This document shows, piece after piece, positions 39,801 to 47,397 of a DNA stretch of 47,397 nt. Numbering within the stretch: position 1 is the first letter of the stretch; every line of letters starts with the position of its first letter. Both the position numbers and the translations under genes were made by a program. Below the pieces are notes generated by a model that saw only the letters and a program-made list of their open reading frames with translations, was not told the DNA's origin and ran no database searches. Origin of the DNA: Myxococcota bacterium (GTDB taxonomy: Bacteria; Myxococcota; XYA12-FULL-58-9; JALHOP01); assembly GCA_022842935.1 (NCBI GenBank), contig JALHOP010000023.1:1-47397 (forward strand). The letters are read 5' to 3'.

Positions 39801-40785
39801 CGCGCACGTACACGGTGGTGGGTGTTACACCGCTCACGCGAGCGACCGATATTGGGGGTGTGGCGCAGGCACTATCCGCGAAAACGGATGCATCGATGCC
39901 ACGAACGGCGACGTCGATGGAGCTCACCTGAAGGGGCGCGCCAAGTTGGTCGACGATCGACAGCGCGAAAGACTTGCATTCACCCGCGGTGATCGGCGCG
40001 ACGTCGGTCGCGGGGTTGATGGCGAGGCGATACTGTGGATCACCGGCGACATCGACGCGGGCATTGCCCTGAGCGGTGCCACCCACCGTCGCGGTCACGG
40101 TGATGTCTCCGGGGACACCGAAACGTGCGTAAGCGATGGTGCTCTCACGGCCTGCGGTAAGCGAAAACGTGCTGCGGGCCTCGGTGCAGCCTTCGGTGCC
40201 GAAAAAAGTCGTGCCTGGTGCGGCCAAGGAAACGGTGACCCCACCTCCGACGCCTGCTGGAGCACCACTCGCATCGGCAGCGGCGAGCCAAATGGGCACA
40301 CACGCGCCAACGTCTGCGTAGCGAACGCCGCCGACCCGGATCGTGGTGTAGGTGCCGCTGATGGCGCGCGCCTCGAGGAGAGCTTCGCCACCAACGTCGG
40401 TACCGCGCGCTTGGGCCCTTAGGCGTCCCGCGCTCTTCGCGGAGAGATACGCAACCGCTCCGCGGGTGGCCACGCCTTGCACGACGGTCGACGCTGGGAC
40501 CGAACAGCTCGCGTCGGCGTACCACGAAGCATCACCCGAGAGCGCGAGGCGCACATCACGCGTCGGGCGCACGGTGGTGCCGCCGTCGAGCTGGACGATC
40601 TGCGCAGGCGCGCACGTCGATTGAGCGAGCTGATCGGGCGCGATGACGGTCAGCCCGACGAGATTGCCATCATCACAGTTTTCTTTGCACTCATCGTCGC
40701 CGCAGCGGGCGAGGACCAAACCAAGGGATAGGCAGGAGAAAGCCAGCACCAAACGTGAGGGGGTCACGCATTCGCTCCGCGGCAA
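36859..40785 (-). CDS. Very large (1308 aa) lipoprotein: N-terminal Ig-like beta modules plus a C-terminal BNR/Asp-box repeat beta-propeller region
   Basis: Lipobox GLVLARCG. At least nine S-x-D-x-G-x-T-W/F Asp-box repeats (SVDNGVTW, SDDYGSTW, SLDGGASF, SIDNGLTW, SRNAGTTF, TEDAGETW, TLDGGLTY, STDGGSTF, SVDGGDTW). Confidence 0.6.
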
Positions 40786-40904
40786 AATCGCAGCCTTCGA
40801 GCTAACGAGCTCGACGACGAGTTACAGACCTCGGAACGTAGGGGATTCCGGAGGATGATGCCAGCGCAACCGACTGATCGCGTCGCCCCACCGTCGCACG
40901 GGTG

Positions 40905-43505
40905 TCAGGAGCCAGTCCCTTTGCCGTCCCCGAGGGCTGGTCGCTCCTTGGTGTCTTCGGTGGCCGATGACTTGGGAGCGACCTCCGCCTGTTGCGCGGG
41001 CGCTTCGGCGACGCCCTGCGCGTCAGCTTGCGCGTCGCTCGCCGTATCCTCGTTCGATGCAACGCTGGCGATGGGACTGCCCAGCGCGATGCGCTCGGCG
41101 CGAAGCCGCCGCGTGATGGCGAAGAACAAGTCGCTCTTGGCGCCATACGTTTCGCGCGGCGAGGCTACGTTGGCGACGATGTTCATGACGTAGCCGCGAT
41201 CGTCGACGTCGTCGATGAAGACGGCTGGTTTCGGGTCCTTGAGCAGCTTGTCGAGCTTTGCTGCTTCGTCGAGGATGACGTCCCGCGTGCGGTTCGGGTC
41301 TTCGCCGTAGGCGATACGCAACAAGAACTGCACCTGTCCGCGCACACCAACGCGCGTCTTGTTGACGACTGGCTTCGAGATGAGGTCCGAGTTCGGAACG
41401 ACGAAGGTCGAACCGTCACCGAGCAGGATCTCGGTCGCACGCACGCTGATCTTCTTCACATCGCCCGTCGAGCCGCTGACGTTGACCAGGTCACCGACCT
41501 TGATGGGGCGTTCGACCAACAAGATGAGACCACTCACGAAGTTGCTTATGATCGCCTGCAGACCGAAGCCAACGCCGACCGACAGGGCGCTTGCGATGAG
41601 GGCGACCTTGTCCAGTGAGACGCCAAGGTAGGCGACGGACATGAGCACCGCTCCGACGAAGCCCAGGTACCCGATGCCAGTCGACAACGAGTTACGCGCG
41701 CCGGTATCGAGGCTCGTGTGTGGGAGGTAGCTGTTCTCGAGCCAGCGTCGGACGGTACGCGTCAGCAGCCACACACCAGCGAAAACCAAGAGGGCACCAA
41801 CGATCGCGCCAGGCGATATCGTCACCTCACCGACCTTGAGATCGGCAAGCCCGTCCTGGATGCGACCGGCGACGCTGGTGACGTCCTCCCCGCCGAGGCG
41901 CAGCAGAACCAGACGCGCGGCGATGTACACGAGAGCAACACGAGAGACTGCCGCCAGTACCACCGCGGTCTGCTCGATATACGCTGGCGAGAACCCGATC
42001 GACCGCCGTAGCAGACGCCCGAGCGGGAAATGTTCGGACAGGATCGCGTCGAACACCTCGTCGGCGAGTCGCAGCAGTAGGAACAACGAAGCAAAGACGA
42101 TGCCGACCTGCGTAAGCTCGCGGACGATGAAGATCGCAAAAGCGTTGTAGCCGAGGACGAGAGCCACCGGCGCGACGAGCACGCAGATCCACGCGACTCC
42201 AGACAGGAGCGCGGCCGGAACAGGATTGTATGGCTTGTCGGTGGTTCGCCGACGCGGCGGGTTCGCGGTGAGCTCTTGACGAATGCCACCCAGGCGGGCG
42301 AGCCCGACCGCTAACACGGACAAAATAGCCAAGGCGAAGAGCGTACGGCCAAGGATGGCGACGTGAAGGCTGGTGCCAACAGCGTCGTTGACGCGCTCTA
42401 AGACCACGCGGCAAGCAACGAGAATGGCCGCTGCGGTTGGCAGCCCGCGAAGGCGTGCGACTTGTGCGTCGCTCCACCAGACAAGACGCCATTGAGGGGC
42501 GCGCGGCTGCAGCCATGCTCGTGCAAGGCCAATCGTGAGCGCCACGATTCGAACCGCGGCAACGAAGGTCGCGACGATGCTGGCCATCAGGGGTGTCAGC
42601 GCGTCGGTCGCTTCGAGCGTGTCCGCGACGAGGCTTGCGCCGAAAACCGGAAACACCATGCAAACAATGACCGTCCAAATCGCGAAGAGTGTGCGCCGCA
42701 GGTGATTGTCGGGGAGCCAGCGCAACGCGAGCTTCTGCCCAAGGCGGAGCACCAAGGCCGGGCCGACGATCGCGATCACGAAGGCAAGCAGACAGATGAG
42801 CGCGAAGTGACTTTGCGCGTCGCCCGTCATCGCGTTCGCAAGCGCACTCGAGCTCTCGCTGTACCGCAGCTGCAGACGTTTCGCGTCGATGGGGAAATTG
42901 CCGGTGACGGCGCGCCAGTAGGTGAGCCCCAGGATGCTCGTGGTCCGCGCCGAGATCTCAGCCGAAAACATTTGACGGCGGTGCTTTGCGACCGTGGCGA
43001 CGAGCTCGCGCTCGCGGATCTGCAAGATCTTGGCACGCTTGGCTGCATCGTCCCACTGTTGGCGCTTCTTGATCTCCTGCGCGCGATCCGCTGCGACGGT
43101 CGGGTCTTCGGGTGGGTCGGTTGGTCCGGGTGCTTGGCCGAGCTGCGCGAGGCGAGCGTCGATCCCCTCGATGTAGGGTTCGAGCTCACCGACAATCGCG
43201 GCCAGCTCGTCGCCAAGTGGGTTGAGCCTCTCCTTGATGGCGAGCAGCTGGTCCTGATGGAGATCCTCGAGCTTGAGCTGCTTCTCGATATCCTCGATGG
43301 CGCTATCGACGATGGCGAGGCGCTCGAATGGCGTTTTCGGAGCGGCGTCCGCCGTAGAGGACGCGGGCGTCGCGGCGACCGGCTCAGCGGTGTCTCGCGC
43401 GTTCTTCGGCGCGGCAAAGACCTGCGCGGGCACGAGGAGTCCCGCGATCAGCAAAATTGTAGGCACGACGAGTCTCAGTTCGCGGCGAGCCCAGAGGTCC
43501 CGCAT
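40905..43505 (-). CDS. MscS-family mechanosensitive channel, MscK/KefA-like. Signal peptide, long periplasmic coiled-coil domain, multi-TM region, C-terminal MscS domain.
   Basis: Signal peptide. Coiled-coil N-domain. More than 10 TM helices. GDLVNVSGSTGDVKKISVRATEILLGDGSTFVVPNS matches the MscS beta-domain signature. Confidence 0.8.
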   Translation of the reverse strand: MRDLWARRELRLVVPTILLIAGLLVPAQVFAAPKNARDTAEPVAATPASSTADAAPKTPFERLAIVDSAIEDIEKQLKLEDLHQDQLLAIKERLNPLGDELAAIVGELEPYIEGIDARLAQLGQAPGPTDPPEDPTVAADRAQEIKKRQQWDDAAKRAKILQIRERELVATVAKHRRQMFSAEISARTTSILGLTYWRAVTGNFPIDAKRLQLRYSESSSALANAMTGDAQSHFALICLLAFVIAIVGPALVLRLGQKLALRWLPDNHLRRTLFAIWTVIVCMVFPVFGASLVADTLEATDALTPLMASIVATFVAAVRIVALTIGLARAWLQPRAPQWRLVWWSDAQVARLRGLPTAAAILVACRVVLERVNDAVGTSLHVAILGRTLFALAILSVLAVGLARLGGIRQELTANPPRRRTTDKPYNPVPAALLSGVAWICVLVAPVALVLGYNAFAIFIVRELTQVGIVFASLFLLLRLADEVFDAILSEHFPLGRLLRRSIGFSPAYIEQTAVVLAAVSRVALVYIAARLVLLRLGGEDVTSVAGRIQDGLADLKVGEVTISPGAIVGALLVFAGVWLLTRTVRRWLENSYLPHTSLDTGARNSLSTGIGYLGFVGAVLMSVAYLGVSLDKVALIASALSVGVGFGLQAIISNFVSGLILLVERPIKVGDLVNVSGSTGDVKKISVRATEILLGDGSTFVVPNSDLISKPVVNKTRVGVRGQVQFLLRIAYGEDPNRTRDVILDEAAKLDKLLKDPKPAVFIDDVDDRGYVMNIVANVASPRETYGAKSDLFFAITRRLRAERIALGSPIASVASNEDTASDAQADAQGVAEAPAQQAEVAPKSSATEDTKERPALGDGKGTGS

Positions 43506-44281
43506 TGAGGTGCGCGACCGGCCGCTTTGGCCTTGGCGCGCTCACCTTCCGCCATCGCCATAGACTCCTTGAGTCCCGCGATGCGTGACGCGTTTGCTGG
43601 GTGCGTCGACATCCACTCTGGCGGCTCCTGGCCCCCCGATGCCTTACCCATGTTTTGCCAGAGGTCCACGGACTCCTTCGGGTCGAAGCCCGCAGCGGCC
43701 ATGAGCTCGAGACCAATGTGATCGGCCTCGGACTCCTGCGTACGGCCATGGGGGAGAACGACGCCGAACTGGGCGCCAACCCCGAGCGCGCCCATGATGA
43801 GGTTGCGCTGGGTCGGATTGCCTCCAACGAACGCCTCCACAACCGATAGACCTTGCTGCAACATCACGTTTTGAGAGACGCGTTCGTTGCCGTGCCGGGC
43901 GAGCACGTGCCCGACCTCGTGGCCCATGACGGTGGCCACTTGGTCCTGGTTGACTGCGACCTTGAGCAGGCCGGTGTAGACACCGATCTTCTTGCCGGGG
44001 AGCGCGAAGGCGTTCACCTGGTCGGACTCGAAGACTTTGACGTCCCAAGCGCCCTGGTACTCCTTCGGCAGTACGGTGGTGATGCTCTTTGCGATGCAGT
44101 CGACGTATTGGGTGGCCTGTGCGTTCTTGGTGACCGGAGTCTCTTTTTGGATCTCGGTGAACGCTTGAGCGCCGAGCTGATCCATCTGGTCATCTGGGAC
44201 CAGAATGAGCTGTTTACGACCCGTGGGTGAGGTCGCGCATCCGGCTAGCGCCAGGGAGAAGATCGCTGTAGTCCATTTCAT
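43475..44281 (-). CDS. M48-family zinc metallopeptidase lipoprotein (YcaL/BepA-like)
   Basis: Start at the internal Met (MKWTTAIFSLALAGCAT lipobox). HEVGH zinc motif. Downstream ESEADHIG third-ligand region. Confidence 0.7.
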   Translation of the reverse strand: MKWTTAIFSLALAGCATSPTGRKQLILVPDDQMDQLGAQAFTEIQKETPVTKNAQATQYVDCIAKSITTVLPKEYQGAWDVKVFESDQVNAFALPGKKIGVYTGLLKVAVNQDQVATVMGHEVGHVLARHGNERVSQNVMLQQGLSVVEAFVGGNPTQRNLIMGALGVGAQFGVVLPHGRTQESEADHIGLELMAAAGFDPKESVDLWQNMGKASGGQEPPEWMSTHPANASRIAGLKESMAMAEGERAKAKAAGRAPQCGTSGLAAN

Positions 44282-44401
44282 TCTAAGTTTCTCCGTGTCG
44301 CCCAGGGCGAACGACGTGGCCAAGAGCTAAAGTCATCCGCGCCGAGCTGGTCGGGTACGATAGGCAGACTTCGAACCGAGACAATATCCAGGAGTCATTG
44401 A

Positions 44402-44863
44402 GTGTCAGACATCGCGAAGCGCTTGGACGACGACTTGAAGACCGCCATGAGGGCCAAGGACCAGGCGAAGGTGGCTTGTGTGCGCCAGCTTCGCTCCAAG
44501 GCGCAAGAGGCGATGAACGCCGCCGACTTCAAAGGTCCCGCCGACGACGCCTTCTATCAGAAGGTCATCAACAGCTACGTGCGCATGCTCGAGAAGGGTA
44601 TCGCCGACCTCGGGGCCGCTGGCGATCGGGGTGCCGCCCTGACCACCAGCTATCGCAACGAGATTGACTATCTCTCCCAGTTTCTGCCCAAAATGCTTTC
44701 CCCTGACGCCACCGCGACGCTGGTGAAGAACACCGTCGTCGCGCTTGGCGCCAAGGAATCGAAAGATGTGGGCCGCGTGATCGGCGCCATCATGAAAGAG
44801 CACAAAGGTCAGGTCGACCCAGCGTTGACGCGCAAGCTGGTCGAGGAGGCACTCAAAGTATGA
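44402..44863 (+). CDS. GatB/YqeY domain protein
   Basis: N-terminal DDLKTAMRAKDQ...RQLRS plus C-terminal EIDYLSQFLP ... VKNTVVALGAKESKDVGRVIGAIMKEHKGQVD, typical of YqeY. Confidence 0.6.
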   Translation: MSDIAKRLDDDLKTAMRAKDQAKVACVRQLRSKAQEAMNAADFKGPADDAFYQKVINSYVRMLEKGIADLGAAGDRGAALTTSYRNEIDYLSQFLPKMLSPDATATLVKNTVVALGAKESKDVGRVIGAIMKEHKGQVDPALTRKLVEEALKV

Positions 44864-45485
44864 CGGTTGCCACAGCGCTGGCGTTTATCATCGCCGTAGC
44901 CCCTGCTTCCGTAGGCTCCGCTGGTGCTGTCAGCACTGTCCTTCGCGGCCTCGCCTCGCGTTTCGCGGCCTCGGATACGGGTCCCGACCGACAAGCCCAA
45001 ACAGTCCCCAGGGGCGTACGCCACGCGGTCGCGGCGCGACCCGATCGGCAACGCGGTATGAGTCGCTACATCTTGGTGCGTCACTGTGAGAAGGCCGGCG
45101 GCGCTACTGATCCCGGTCTCACAGCCGAGGGTGAGGCTCGCGCCCAAGCGCTGGTGAACGCCATCGGAGAAGAGAAGGTCGACGTCATCTACTCAACACC
45201 GTTCAAGCGCACCCAGGCGACGGTGCAGCCGCTCGCAGCGGCGAAACACGTGAGCGTCTCGATCGTCGAAGGCACCAACGACAAGGCTTTCGCCAAACGG
45301 CTGTTGACCGATCACAAGGGTCAGGCCGTGGTCATCGCGTCGCACATCAACGTCATCCCCGATCTCGTCAAGTTCCTCGGCGTCCATGAGAAAGTAACGC
45401 TCGATGAGGGCGCATACGGGGACATGTTCATCGTCGACGTCGACGCCAAGGGTCGTTCCCGGCTGACCCGGGCGCGCTTCGGGGA

Positions 45486-45489
<4 letters not shown>
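44860..45489 (+). CDS. Histidine phosphatase superfamily protein (SixA-like). The true start may be the internal Met at 45058.
   Basis: YILVRHCEKA (RHG-type catalytic motif variant). Size and layout of the SixA branch. ATGA overlap with yqeY. Confidence 0.5.
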
Positions 45490-47279
<1,790 letters not shown>

Positions 47280-47280
47280 A

Positions 47281-47397
47281 CCGAGAGCCGATGACCGAGA
47301 GCCGATGACCGAGAGCCGATGACCGAGAGCCGATGACCGAGAGCCGATGACCGAGAGCCGATGACCGAGGGCCGAGGACCGAGAGCCGAGGACCGTG
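47281..47397. repeat. Tandem array of a 14-bp unit (CCGAGAGCCGATGA): six perfect copies then two degenerate copies, running to the window edge
   Basis: Read directly from the sequence. It begins 1 nt after the ABC transporter stop codon. The unit length is not a multiple of 3. Confidence 0.85.

Noticed and set aside
47281-47397. Tandem array as a CRISPR array
   Set aside because: It consists of 14-bp units directly abutting with no spacers. It is a simple tandem repeat, not a repeat-spacer structure.

Overview
This is a high-GC (about 65-70%) bacterial chromosomal window. Its gene content suggests a myxobacteria-like deltaproteobacterium: many lipobox lipoproteins, PilZ proteins, very large secreted beta-propeller and BNR repeat proteins, and an MscK-like channel. 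Core genes read with confidence include gyrA, typA/bipA, lipA, lipB, a 2-oxo acid dehydrogenase E2, mtnP, a glutathione peroxidase, slyX, an MsbA-like ABC exporter, and M28 and M48 peptidases. The most interesting region is the left ~5.4 kb (1-5381). It is visibly lower in GC and ends with a tyrosine recombinase (4041-5381, minus strand). That integrase is followed on the same strand by a three-gene cassette: an N-terminally membrane-anchored 232-aa protein; a 652-aa protein that fuses an XRE-type helix-turn-helix to a Rossmann-like domain whose motif closely resembles nucleoside 2-deoxyribosyltransferase (NDT/SLOG-type nucleotide-processing fold); and a 286-aa protein of unknown fold. The 286-aa gene is bracketed by a 21-bp direct repeat. 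A related perfect palindrome sits in the promoter region of the membrane protein gene. I regard this as a candidate undescribed integrase-borne conflict or defence cassette built around a nucleotide-modifying domain. Other observations: a divergent mtnP / AhpD-like / radical-SAM ArsS-like arsenosugar gene cluster; a CoA-binding protein pseudogene (in-frame TGA plus a +1 frameshift) between two PilZ genes and an SPFH gene; an orphan E2 with lipB-lipA; a GyrA residue at the classic quinolone-resistance position that is not Ser; and a 14-bp tandem repeat array running off the right end of the window. All calls rest on motif recognition by eye. No database search was run.
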